NCBI RefSeq assembly: GCF_035084215.1
Contig: NC_090345.1
Span: 21,266,001-21,330,000 of the forward strand
Length of the DNA stretch: 64,000 bases
Direction: 5' to 3'
DNA from: Heptranchias perlo
Lineage: Eukaryota
Part shown: positions 1 through 12,470 of the stretch, in pieces
Position numbering within the stretch: position 1 is the stretch's first letter
How the letters are laid out: every line of letters starts with the position of its first letter
Notes under the pieces: model-generated
The model's input: the letters and a program-made list of their open reading frames with translations, nothing else
Told to the model about the DNA's origin: nothing
Databases searched by the model: none
Translations under genes and position numbers: made by a program

Positions 1-544
1 GCACTTTATCCATCAAAATGTGGAACCATCAGTCTACCCCACTGATCATATCAAAACCTGACTCCCTGGTAGGAAAGTTTAATTTTAGTGCCTTTCTAAA
101 TAGTACATATATACTTGGATTACTTTTATATAAAAAAAATATAGGGAGTGGTTTAAGGGAGTAATCTGATGATCCTAACCAACTGAAGTTTTTGTCTCAC
201 AGATGTGTAATGTTGCCAATCTCTGGATGGAAATATTTTCCTTTTTTCAGCAGTCAATGTGATTACAACAATTCTGTTCTTAGAATCTAGAAAAAAACGC
301 AAAGAGCAGTTATCAAAATTCCAAAGAACTCTTCATGATTAAGTGCACTGCACAACAGACTTAACAAAGAAAGTAGATTGATTGGTGGTTTAATTTTATA
401 TATTAAATTTAGGGAAGCAAAGTGTTTCCTGGTTGTATTGGCTTAGATTGGCTTTAGCTGAAATCAACAGGTTATTCTTATATAAAAAAAATATATATAT
501 ACACACATACTATATATTAAAACTTGTACCTGTTTGCAATTCAG

Positions 545-700
545 ATAGAGAACCAGAATTGCCATGGTCCTGAAGATTTTGATGAACTGAAGGATGAACA
601 AGAGGAGGAATTCCTGACTCTGCCAGAAGCATTGGAATCACTCGGTCTCTCTGAGTATCTCAGCACTTTGGAAAAGGAAAAAATAGACATGGAGTCGTTG
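545..700 (+). CDS. SEC23IP: SEC23IP internal coding exon (linker and start of SAM domain: IENQNCHGPEDF...LEKEKIDMESL)
   Basis: Acceptor ttcag at 540-544 and donor GTAAGG at 701; 156 nt, phase 0/0. The peptide LTLPEALESLGLSEYLSTLEKEKIDMESL fits the N-terminal half of the p125 SAM domain. The 5' boundary is slightly less certain. Confidence 0.85.
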
Positions 701-1158
701 GTAAGGAGTTTTCAGCTTCGATTCAATGCATACAGAAGGGTTTGTTCAGGTCCTACAACAATATCATAGTGCAGTTTCTAATCAATAACTCATTTTATAA
801 TGCTAATTTTTTTTTTGGGTTATGCGCTGTTTACATTTTTTTTGCCAGCTTGCTCTTTGTGGTGATATAGACTAACTCTTGGTGACTAAAGTATTTCGAC
901 TATGCTCTTCAAAGAGCTGTTTCCTGTTTTCGCTGATTAGATTGTATGTGAAATTATTTTTAACTCCACCTCATCTCCTCTCTTTAGTCTTACACTTTGT
1001 ACCGTTCCCTGGGCAAAATATAGCTATGTCCCAGACCTCTATCAGTGCTGTTGCAGCAGATCAATCAGCTTCTGGAAAACAAAGAAAGGTTAATGTTCTG
1101 AATGTCACCTATCATCAGCACTGGTTTTGACGCACTCTCTTTTTCTTGCTCATTTTAG

Positions 1159-1254
1159 CTCATGTGTACCGTAGATGACTTGAAGGAAATGGGAATCCCT
1201 CTTGGACCAAGAAAGAAAATTGCCAATTTTGTAAAGGAGAAAGTAAATGCACAG
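1159..1254 (+). CDS. SEC23IP: SEC23IP exon, SAM domain (LMCTVDDLKEMGIPLGPRKKIANFVKEKVNAQ)
   Basis: Pyrimidine tract with ttttag acceptor and CAG|GTATTA donor; 96 nt, phase 0/0. The peptide is nearly identical to the vertebrate SEC23IP SAM motif as I recall it. Not present in the ORF track. Confidence 0.95.
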
Positions 1255-3831
1255 GTATTATTATATTCCTGAAGGATACTTCATATGCTGGTTGCTGCAT
1301 CTATCAGCGATGGAATTAAACTGTAATTCTGCTGAACACAGATGTGACTGGGTCTGTAAAAGGGACCCAATACCCACTGGTAATAACTCAGTTTTATTGC
1401 ATTTCTCACTGCTCTCTATTCAAATTGCTGTGACAGATTCTTATTCTTGTGATTGGAATACACTGTGTTAACTTAATTAGGCCGCCTGGGTTACCACATT
1501 TTTTTGGTTTTGCAAAGAATTGTGAATAAGTATTGTCATTGTCTGTTTCCATATAATGCTGCATGTATGGCAAATTTAGTACCCAATTCCCAAGTACACA
1601 ATTTAATGGAATAGGATTTGTCTATATCCCACTAGAAGAACGTTATGTTCTGGTGCTAATAGGTTTTTAGTGCCTTAATACTCTGTCAAGAGTTTGGGAT
1701 CTTGCTATGTGAGGAATTCTAGTGCATTGGTCAAGTGACCCCTTCATCAGCAATCTTCTTAACAAGAAATTCATTTTGAAACTGCCTTTAAATAATTCTG
1801 TTATGCTGGGCAATTTGGTATAGATTTTAACCAAAGATAGCTGTATATATTTTTTTCCCTTCGTTTCCAGGATTAACTTTTAGATTTAGAATTGTATGCC
1901 TATTGACAGATTTTGTTAGCAAAACCTAGTGGCTTCATTCTCTACAGTATATTATTTCACAAAATGAAACACTAAGATTCTGCAGTGCTCAAGTACTGCT
2001 CTGGTAGGTAGCTATTACATTTTAAAATCTTTTCCATTCTAAGATTGAAAAAAAATTCAAAATCTTGTGTTTTCTAAGAGTGGACAACGTCTCAACAATG
2101 TGTGAAGTTCACTTGGCATGTTTCCCAGAAGTTTATTTCAGTAGCATAATTTATGTATGATTACTGTCACTTACAGCAGGTTTGTTATTTCTGAAGTGAA
2201 CCGATAACTGCAGTGGCTTTTTGGAAGAAGACCAATTCAGTACTTCAATAATCCAAAGGCAAATACATGTCCATGTATTTTTTTTAATGATTTGTCAGGG
2301 AAAAAAAACCCTTTGACGGTTTTGTTCGTTTGTTAGCATTGTACAGTATGTGTGTTCTGGTTGGTTTAATTAAGTGATAGTTTTTGAGATACAAATCCAT
2401 TTTAAACCAATGCCTTATTCAGTTTACAATTTATTATGAAAACGATAGAATTTTCTCTGGTCCTTTCAACCCAAAATTGGCTGAGCTTTAAGTTGCATGA
2501 GTTCTGAAGCCTACCTGCTTTGTTTTTAAAATGTTATGTCCTTTTAGTTAAGCACAGTAAAAGCAAACAGTGGAACAGTGTTTTGTGAAATGCATGGAGA
2601 AGTGTATAAATGTTTTAATGGTTGCTTAAATTAATGATAAGAGTTGAATGGCAACCACCTGAAGGAAACATTGCAATTTAAGAGGTACCTTCAACCAGAA
2701 ACAGTTGAAAGTAGATCATTATGTGAAAATTTGTAGGAGGGTACAAAATGCTGTGTTAGTATACTCTGACAATAGGCAATAAGTTCTTGTATACACTGCA
2801 GTAAAACTATTCTATTTTTGACTTTGCATTGTTTGTTCAAAGGGAATATTTTATTTAGATAATCAATTTAATTCCCTATGCACTCTCATTTGAAACGTCT
2901 TTGGTGTATAGGAACCAGTTAGATCACAGTTGCTGCTTTAGAGGTACAAATTGTTGGCCAGTGTGCCATCTGTTCTATTGTACAATTCGCAGATAAAACC
3001 AACAGGCAATTTTGTGTGTGGGAAGTATGATTTGGTTTTTCAGCTAATGAGGCTGAAATAGATTGATTAGGTTAGTTATGTGTAGCCTTCTTCATTGGAA
3101 ATGGACAAAGTCCCAAGTAGCTCACTTTTGCACCTTTCTGTCACTTAATGCTGTTTTATACTATCTCCTTGATGGATTTACTTATTGTAAATGTAGCACT
3201 AAGCTGGTGGTATAACACGTGCATGCTTGAAGATGATGTAGTGTCCTCACTCCAGCTGCTGCCATCTGCTTTTAATTGTTATTTTAATTTCTTGAGCTGG
3301 AGGCTGAATTAGTCTGTCTACAGTAACATTTTTACACCAAACTCTCTTTAATATATATAATACAAATACAACTATGGATTGCGTTGTGGTCTTGTACATT
3401 TGCTTTGTAAATCACTGGGGACTTGTGGAAATACTGTTTGCAGATGTAATGTATGAATTTTTTAAAAAGGTTCAATTAGAAATGGGTATGTTTAGGAGCT
3501 CTCCCTTGCTTTCCCCACCCCTCAAAAAAATCAGGACTTTGGGCACTCCCAAAAATAAATGAACATTAAAATTTTGTTAGTTATGGGATAGCAGGTGTTT
3601 TCACCAATTTTGTTAATTAAGACCTTAACTTTTTTTTTAAAAAAGTGTTTTTTGATAAATTATTGGTGGATCCATTTGAGTTTTTTTTCAGTTTGCTATG
3701 AACAGTTTTCACACTATGAAAGTTATGATTGCTAAAAGTCACTCTAGAAATAGGAGATCTGATGGTTTGTAATAAATAACATGACACTGGACAACTTATA
3801 TTGAATTTTCTTTCTTTTTTTGTTATAACAG

Positions 3832-4047
3832 ACAAAGAAAAAATCTGCAACGGAGAAAAAGGCAGCACTGGAAGCCCTGAAGAAAGCTCAGGAAGAGGCA
3901 ACCCAAAAAGCCAAGGAGGAAGCTGTTCACATGGGCTTATCAGCTACAGAGAAACAGGGAGTGCTGAAGAGGATGCTATCTTACGGTGGTGCTACCGTCT
4001 CATCTGTCAAAGTACATTATGACCATTTTGAAGCTGGTGCTGGCCAG
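3832..4047 (+). CDS. SEC23IP: SEC23IP exon (TKKKSATEKKAALEALKKAQEE...VSSVKVHYDHFEAGAGQ)
   Basis: Long U-tract with aacag acceptor and CAG|GTAAAG donor; 216 nt open in phase 0. Ends in the conserved FExGAGQ motif. Confidence 0.92.
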
Positions 4048-4199
4048 GTAAAGGTCACTTTGAAGCTTGAATCGGGTCATTGGATTTTTTTTTGCATGCT
4101 AAGTAAATGACTCAACTGAGGAAGATTTTGTAGTTGTCCATGAGTAGTCACCATCTTAAGTTGGTCAGGCAGCCATTACTGCCTAAACTGAAGATATTT

Positions 4200-4885
4200 C
4201 AATGTACTCCATGTGGTAGCAAGTTCCACATTCTAACCACTCTCTGGGAAAAGAAGTTTCTCTGAATTCCTTATTGGATTTATTAGTGACTATCTTGTAC
4301 ATATGAACTCTAGTTTTGGACTCCCCCACAGGTGAAAACATCTTATCTACATCTACCCTTTCAATCCCCTTCATAATTTTAAAGACCTTTATTAGGTCAC
4401 CCCTCAGCCTTTTCTTTTCTAAAGAAAAGAGCCCCAGCTTGTTCAGTCTTTCCTGATAGTTGTAACCTCTCAGTTCTGGTATCATCCTTGTAAATCTTTT
4501 TTGTATCTTCAGTGCTCCTACATCTCTTTTGTAATGTGGAGACCAGAACTGTGCACAGTAGTCCAAGTGTAATCTGACCAAGGTTCTATACAAGTTTAAC
4601 ATAACCCCTCTGCTTTTCAATTCTTTCCTCTAGAAATGAACCCCATAGCTTGGTTTGTGTTTTTATGGTCTTGTTAACCTGCATTGCTACTTTTAATGAT
4701 TTGTGAATCTGTATCCCTAGATCCCTTTTAGACTCTTATTTCCCAAGGAGTATGTACCCCATTTAGACTCTTATTTCCCAAGGAGTATGTAGCCTCCTTA
4801 TTGCTCCCACCAAAATGCGCACCTCACACTTTTCTATATTGAAATTCATTTGACATTTACGTGCCCATTCTGCAAGTTTATATAC
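4200..4885 (-). mobile_element. CR1 LINE ORF2 C-terminal fragment
   Basis: ORF 4183-4620 reads LYRTLVRLHLDYCAQFWSP...LRGDLIKVFKIMKG, a typical CR1 RT C-terminus. Frameshifted, with no 3' tail. Confidence 0.9.
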
Positions 4886-5174
4886 ATTGTCTTGTATTTT
4901 ATAAAGACAAATAATGGTGGGATAAAATAATGAAGTTAATTGCAAACGGCCTTTTTTCAGCCCAACAGAGACTGCTTTCACCAACTGGAAGAGTAAAGCT
5001 AAAGCTTGAATTACTGAAGATATTACTGATTAGATTTCATGCTATCTCTGTATAAGTAATTCTTAAATCTTGTGTATCTCAGGTGTAACTACTACACGTA
5101 ACACATCATGAAGCAGATTTGCTTTTGTGTGAACAGAGTAGTTCATTGTTTTTAATTTCACTTACATTTAATGT

Positions 5175-7082
5175 GCTACAAAAGGAAATACAAAGAGGTT
5201 AGGAAAGAAGTAAAAAAGAAAATTAGGAAAGCAAGGAGGTACTACAGAATTAAATTATCATGGAATATAAAAAGAAATAGTAAAGTGTTCTACTGGCACA
5301 TACATAACAAAAGAAAAATCAGGATAGGGATAGGGCCAATAAGAGATGCACAATTAATGACTGCGAAATGGCAGAAATATTGAATAGTTACTTTGCCTCA
5401 GTAGTCATCAGGAAGACCAACAAGGGCATGACATTAGAAGAAGAGATCAAAAAAGATATCCAGTCATTTAAGATAGAAAGGGGGAGATAATTGATAAACT
5501 AATCAAACTTGGAGAGGATAAAACCCCTGGTCCAGATGGATTGCATCTGTGCATATTAAAAGAAGTTGGGGAACAGATAGCAGAGGCAGTATTACATATA
5601 TATGAGAATTCATTGGAAAAGGGAATAGTGCCAGAGGACTGGTGGAGATCTAATGTTATTCCTATATTTAAAAAGAATTGGAGTTAGGAACAAGTCCAGG
5701 GAACTATAGATGAGTTAGCTCAATGTTGGTGGTAGGAAAGATAACGGAATCTTTACTCAAAAATGTAATAGAAAAACATCTAGAAACCGAAAATATAATA
5801 GAGTAGTCAGCACGGATTTCAGAAGGGAAAGTCATGCTGGACCAACCTTATTGAATTCTTTGAAGAAGTAACAAACAGAGTAGACAAGGGTAATATAGTA
5901 GATGTAATATATTTGGATTTTTAAACGGCCTTCGATAAGGTACTGCATTGTAGACTCATGACTAAGGTCAAAGCATATGGAGTCAGGGGACAGGTAGCAG
6001 AATAGATAGCAAGCTGGCTACAAAGCAGAAAACGGAGAGTAGGGGTTCAGGTTAGCTGCTCCGACTGGCAAAAGGTGGGAAGTGGTGTTCCACAGGGATC
6101 GGTGCTGGGATCACTGTTGTTCACAATTTACATCAACAACTTGGACTTGGGAATCGGAAGTACAATTTCAAAATTTGTGGACAACACCAAATTTGGGGGT
6201 GTAGTTAATACAAACGAGGGATGCATCAAAATACAAGAAGACATTAATAAACTTGCAGAATGAGTGTGTAATTGGCAAATGAATTTCAATATAGCTAAGT
6301 GTGAGGTGATGCATTTTGGTAGGAAGCATAAGGAGACCACATACTGCTTGGATAATAAGAGTCTAAATGGGGTAGAGGAGCAAAGGGATCTCTGGGTACA
6401 GATGCACAAATTACTCAAAGTACCAATGCAGGTTAATAAGGCCTTAAAAAAGCAAACCAAGCACTGAGGTTCATTTAGAGAGGAATAGAATTGAAAAGCA
6501 GAGAAGTTATGTTAAACTTGTATAGAACCTTGGTTAGACCACACTTGGACTACTGTGCACAATTCTAGTCTCTATATTATAAGAAGGATATAGAGGCATT
6601 GGAGAAGGTACAAATAAGATTCACAAGTATGATACCACAACTACTTCTTAGGAAAAACTGAGCAGGCTGGGGCTCTTTTCTTCACAAAAGAGAAGGCCAA
6701 GGGGAGACCTGATAGAGGTCTTTTAAGATAATGAAAGGGTTTGATAGGGTAGATGTGGAGAAAGTGTTTCCATTTGTGGGGGAATCCAAAACTAAAGGTC
6801 ATAGATATGATAGTCACTAATAAATCAAATAGGGAATTCAGGAGAAACTTCTTTACCCATAGAGTGGTAAGAAAGTGGAACACATTACCACATAGAATAG
6901 TTGAGGCAAATAGCATAGATGTATTACAAGTGAAGCCAAATAATGAGGGAGAAAGGAATAGAAGTGTATACTGATAGGATTAGATGAAAAAAGGAGGTAG
7001 GAAGCTCGTGTGGAGCATAAACACCGGCATAGACCAGTTGGGCCGAATAGCCTATTTCTGTGCTGTAGACTCGAAGTAACTC
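5175..7082 (+). mobile_element. 5'-truncated CR1 LINE (degenerate RT domain and 3' tail)
   Basis: SGVPQGSVLG, YINNLD, FVDNTK and KCEVMHFG motifs with stops and frameshifts. The 3' UTR ends ...gggccgaatagcctatttctgtgctgtagactc. Confidence 0.93.
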
Positions 7083-10000
7083 ATAGAATGGTTACAGCAC
7101 AGAAGGAGGCAATTTGGCCCACCGAGCCCGTTCTGGCTCTTTGTTAGAGCAATCCAGTTAGTTCCATTCCCCTGCTCTCTTTCCCCCTAGCCCTGCAAAT
7201 TTTTTCCCTTCAAGTATTTATCCAATTCCTTTTTGAAAACCACAATTGAATCTGCTTCCACCATCTTTCAGGCAGCGCATTCCAGGTCATAACTACTCAC
7301 TGCTAAAAACGACTTTCCTCATGTTGCCTTTGGTTCTTTTGCCATTCACCTTAAATCTGTGTCCTCTGATTCTCGACCTTTCTGCCAATGGGAGCAGTTC
7401 ATCTTTATTTCTTTATCTAAACCCTTCATGATTTTAACACTTCTATCAAATCTCCACTTAACCTTCTCTGCTCTAAGGAGAACAACCCCAGCTTCTCCAG
7501 TCTATCCATGTAACTGAAGTCCCTCATTCCTGGAACCATTCTAGTAAATCTTTTCTGCACTCTCTCTAAGGCCTTCACATCTTTCCTAAAGTGCGGTGCC
7601 CAGAATTGGACATAATACTCCAGCTTTATAAAGGTTCAACATAACTTCCTTGCTTTTATACTCTCTGCCTCTATTTATAAACCCCAGGAACCCGTATGCT
7701 TTTTTAACCACTTTCTCAACCTGTCCTGCCACCTTTAAAGATTTGTGCACATATACCCCCAGGCCTCTGTGTTCCTGCACCCCCTTTAGAATTGTACCAT
7801 TTAGTTTATATTGCCTCTCTTCATTCTTCCTGCCAAAATGTGTCACTTCGCATTTCTCTGCGTTAAATTTTATCTGCCATGTGTTAGCCCATTCCACCAG
7901 CCTGTCTATGTCCTCTTGAAGTCTGTTACTATCCTCCTCACTGTTTACTACACTTCCAAGTTTTGTGTCATCTGCAGATTTTGAAATTGTGCCCTGTACA
8001 CCCAAGTTCAAGTCCAAGTCATTAATATATATCAAAAAAAACAGTGGTCCTAGCACCGACCTCTGGGGAACACCACTGTATACCTTACTCCCGTCCAAAA
8101 AACAGCCGTTCACTGCTACTCTCTGTTTCCTGTCACTTAGCCTATTTCGTATCCATGCTGCCACTGCCTTTTATTCCGTGGCCTTCAATGTTGCTGACAA
8201 GCCTATTATGCAATTTCCACCCTTACTTCCCTTAGCAACCTAGGATTCATCCCCCCGGGTGACTTATCTACGTTAAGTACAGCCAGCCTTTTAAGTACGT
8301 CCTCTTTACAATTTTTAGCCCATCCAGTATCTCAACTACCCCCTCTTTTACTGCAGCTTTGGCAGCATCATCTTCTTTGGTAAAGACAGATGCAAAGTAC
8401 TTATTTAGTACCTCAGCCATGACTTTTGCCTCCATGCGTAGATCTTTTTGGTCCCTAATTGGCCCCACCCCTCCTCCTACTACCCGTTTACTATTTATAT
8501 GCCTACAGAACACTTTTGAATTCCCTTTTATGTTAGCTGCCAGTCTATTGTCATACACTCTCTTGGCCCCTCTTATTTCCTTTTTCACTTCTCTATACTT
8601 CCTATATTCAGCCTGGTTCTCACTTGTACACCCCCTTTTTCTGCTTCTCCTTACTCTCTATCTCTTTCATCATCCAGGGAGCTCTGGCTTTGGTTTCCCT
8701 ACTGTTCCCCCTCGTGGGAATGTACCTAGACTATACCCAAACCATCTCGTCTTTAAAGGCCGCCCATTATTGGATTACAGTTTTGCCTTCCAATCTTTGA
8801 TTCCAGTTTACCCGGGCCAGATCCATTCTCAATCCACTGAAATTGGCCCTCCTCCAATTAAGTATTTTTACTCCAGATTTCTTCTTGTCCTTTTCCATAA
8901 TTATTCTAAACCTTATGTACCATGATCACTGTTCCCTAAATGTTCCCCCACTGACACTTGCTCCACTTGACCTACTTCGTTCCCCAGAACTAGATCCAGC
9001 AATGCCTCCCTTCCTCGTTGGGCCGGAAACATACTGATCAAGAAAATTCTCGTGAAGACACTTCAGAAATTCCTCCTCCTCTTTGCCCTTTACTAGCCCA
9101 GTCTATATTAGGATGGTTGAAGTCCCCCATTATCACTACTCTATAGTTCTTGCACCTCTCTGTAATTTCCCTGCAAATTTGCTCCTCCATATCCTTCCCA
9201 CTAATTGTTGCCTATAAAATACACCCAGTAGTGTAATGGCATCTCTATTGTTTCTTAACTCTAACCAAATAGATTCTGTCTTCGACTCCCTCAAGGACAT
9301 GCCCTCTCTCCAGCACTGCAATATTCTCTTTAATCAGTACTGCCACCAACACCCCCCCTCCTTTTTCCTTCCGTATCTTTCCTGAGTACCCTGTATCTAG
9401 GAATATTTAGTACCCAATCCTGTCCTTTTTTGAGCCAGGTCTCAGTTATCGCCACTACATCGTATTCCCATGTGGCTATTTGTGCCTGCAGCTCACCATC
9501 CTTACTTACCACGCTTCATGCGTTTTACACACATGCTCTCTAAACCTACCTTAGACCTTCTCGTATTTTCTCTTAGCCTTATCCCACCTATTACTGTACT
9601 ATTTCTTACTCTAGTGCTTTTTCTGAATCCCAATCGTTTGTGTACCTTGTTTCTCCTTTCTAATGCTACATCCTGGTGCCCATCTCCCTGTCACATTAGT
9701 TTAAACCCTCCCCTACAGCATTAGTGAACCACCCCGTGAAGTGCAACCCGTCCATCTTGAACAGGTCCCTCCTGCCCCAGAATTGTCCCAATGCCCCAAG
9801 AATCTGAAGCCCTCCCTCTTGCACCATGTCTCTAGCCACGCATTAACCTGCCTTATCTTCCTATTTCTGTACTCACTAGTGTGTGGCACTGGGAGTAATC
9901 CAGAGTTTACTACCTTCTGAGGTCTTGATTTTTAACTTCCTCCCTAGCTCCTGAAACTCTGACCGCAGGACCTCATCCCTTTTCTTTCTTATGTTGTTGG

Positions 10001-10608
10001 TACCCACATGGACTATGACTTCTGGCTGTTACCCTTCCCACAGAATATTCTGCACCCTCGCCATGATGTCCTTTACCCTGGCACCATGGAGGCAACACAC
10101 CATGCGGGACTCATGTCAGTGGTCACAGAAACGCCTGTCGGTCCCCCTGACTATCGAATCCCCTATGACTACTGCATTTCTACGCTTCACTGTGCCCCCC
10201 ATGTAGTCCTTTGCCCCATGATGCCATGCTCAGGACTGCCCTCCTTCGAGGTGTCGTCACCCTCACTGGCATTCAATGCTGAATACCAGTTTGAGAGTGC
10301 TGCACACCCAGAAGGTTCCTGCACTGTCTGTCTCTTCCTGCCCTTTCGGATGGCCACCCACTTGCTATCCTGAGCTCTCTGTGGTTGTAGGGTGACCACC
10401 ACCTCGAACATATGATCCAAGAAACCTTCAGCCTCCCTTACACTCTGCAGTGACTCCAGTCACCCCTCATGCTCCGAAACTCCCAAGTTGAGCTCGAGCA
10501 ACTGGAGGCATTTCCTGCACATGTGACCCTCCAGGACACACTAAGTTGTCCTGAAGTTCCCACATGGTGCAGGAATTGCAGGCAGTGGGTCTCAGCTGCC
10601 CATCCATT
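7083..10608 (-). mobile_element. Near full-span, internally deleted CR1 LINE with ORF1 (Zn-finger, zipper, SGNH esterase) and ORF2 (APE endonuclease and RT) remnants
   Basis: On the minus strand: MDGQLRPTACNSC at 10607, GDSIVRGTD esterase motif near 10150, YDVVAITETW (APE) near 9450, GVPQRSVLGP and SADDTKLG (RT) near 8000, and a 3' tail near 7085. Confidence 0.92.
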
Positions 10609-10670
10609 ATATTTAGAAACCTTTTTTTTCCCCCTGAACTCCCTGTAACTCGATGTACATGTTTTCTCAG

Positions 10671-10826
10671 GTTTCTGTAACTTATCGTGCACTGGACTTT
10701 GAACCAGATAACTTCTTCGCCTTGGGTTCTCCTGTTGGTATGTTCCTCACAGTGCGTGGGCTGGAGAAGATTGATGAAAACTACCGACTACCAACCTGCA
10801 AGGGATTTTTCAATATTTATCATCCA
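10671..10826 (+). CDS. SEC23IP: SEC23IP exon, start of DDHD domain ([30 protein letters not shown]...[10 protein letters not shown])
   Basis: ttttctcag acceptor and CCA|GTAAGT donor; 156 nt. Contains the DDHD-family motifs FFALGSP and FNIYHP. Confidence 0.96.
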
Positions 10827-12079
10827 GTAAGTCTAACTTATTGTGAGCTGGGTTTTAAGTACCAGTTTGTGACTTGCATTCATTTGATTCTTGAAGACAG
10901 ATTGTAGTGTGAAGCTTTGCTATTTTATCACATTGTATTATTGATATTCTACATCCTTCAGATTATAAAAATAGTGATGAATTAAGTCTATATTTTGAGG
11001 GAGCCCAAATGTTTATTGCAATGTTTAGTTGAAGGTTTTTGTTTCTTAAACTCAACTATACTCCTCTTGTGATATAAGATATACTGATATAATTTTGGTT
11101 ATACTTAAACCAGCAGCTAGATGCATCTTCAGTGGTGTGTATGGGACAGGCAAACAAATCTTTATTGCTGAATGTTTGATTGTAAGGCTTTGTATTGATG
11201 TCTGATAAACACTAGAATAAAAATCAAGAACATTGATAACATACAACTACAACTGTGTATTGACATGATTTTAATATGCTCCTTTCCCACCTTGTTCTTA
11301 TTTTTAGAAATCAGCATATTTTTCTTTATTCTGAAGACCAGCATTTTGATCTAAAATTTTGCCCCTAAAATTTTCTATAACATATTGTGTCAGAAGGGCA
11401 GAACTAATTTCGTGGAATTTATATCTTAAATTTAGAAGGACTTTAACATTTTTCTCTTTCTCCAGGTAGATCATTTGCAAAATCGAATTCTTTTTAAGAA
11501 AAAAAATCTCTATATAATCATTATACTGCACCATGAGAATTTTTAAAATTAGATTTTGCAAATAGCCTGTTAGGCAGGATTCACTTTAACAGTGAATATT
11601 AATTTTGTGAACCCAGAAACTAGCTTGTCACAAATGGCCATGAGGTAGAATACCTGCTTGGCTTGGTAAGATATTGACGATTCAGCTCTTAATTGGCAGG
11701 AAAACAAATTGGGAGGGCAAAAGTAATCTCTCGGTCGTACACATTAGATTGGATTTGCACAGTGTGTGATGATTAAGTTAGTCTTTTTTTTGGTGTCTTG
11801 TGAATAGAAGCCATTTGCTGACCCTATAAAAGAGGATTAGATTCTCAAGTCAAAAGGGTCTGTAGTTGGAACCTCAGTTTAGACTGACATTCAAGCTTTT
11901 CTGCTCTCAATAAGTAATTTGATCAATTCTGGGCTGAGCTGTGAGATATTCTCAGCTATGGAGAGATCTGCAGCCGTACAGAAGTCCACAAATTTGAGCA
12001 CCCCACTTTCCTAACAGAAGGTGAAAGTGTGTTATATTGGAAACTCATAAGTTTGGTGAACATATTAATTTACTTTGTA

Positions 12080-12470
12080 GTCATGTGTGACAGCGTCATC
12101 TCTTCAGAAAGATTTAGCCACCATCTTGAAAAGCCCCTGTGCAGGAATTTGGATTAATCAGTGCAAGGTGTTGCACTCCAAAAGATCTGCTGACTATTAT
12201 TCTTACAGAACAAGTGAAAATCTGTTGCTCGAAGAGTGAGTCCAAATTGAAAACTTGATCTTTTGTTCTGCATTATGCTGTAAAATACACGTTGTTCACT
12301 GTGTTGTTGTAAGTCTCTCAAATTTCAAAACAGAAGAAAACAGCTGAACATGGATCCTGCCATGATGTAGTGGGTAGCTGTAAAATAATTACTACTTGCT
12401 GCATTGGGGTGAGAGGTCATTCTTAAGCCAGCAGCTAGATGCATCTTTGGTGGTGCGCAAGGAATCTCTT
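12080..12470 (+). mobile_element. Ancient LINE (CR1/L2/Crack-like) RT C-terminal remnant
   Basis: Degenerate translation LQKDL...QCKVLH...AARCIF resembles the LQxDL, KCKVLH and RAARxI motifs. Confidence 0.35.

Noticed and set aside
879-3901. Short ORFs in the track (879-1130, 1247-1471, 3374-3562, 3617-3901, 3801-4022)
   Set aside because: These are chance intronic ORFs or wrong-frame and antisense overlaps of real exons, with no recognisable motifs.
7586-8925. Long ORFs as functional reverse transcriptase or retron-like genes (also 39702-40223, 62535-63110)
   Set aside because: They are fragments of CR1 ORF2 broken by stops and frameshifts, or their antisense shadows.
12360-12460. C/D-box snoRNA candidate (ATGATG) near the duplicated motif
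   Set aside because: The C box is imperfect, there is no terminal stem or suitably placed D box, and the other copy lacks it.
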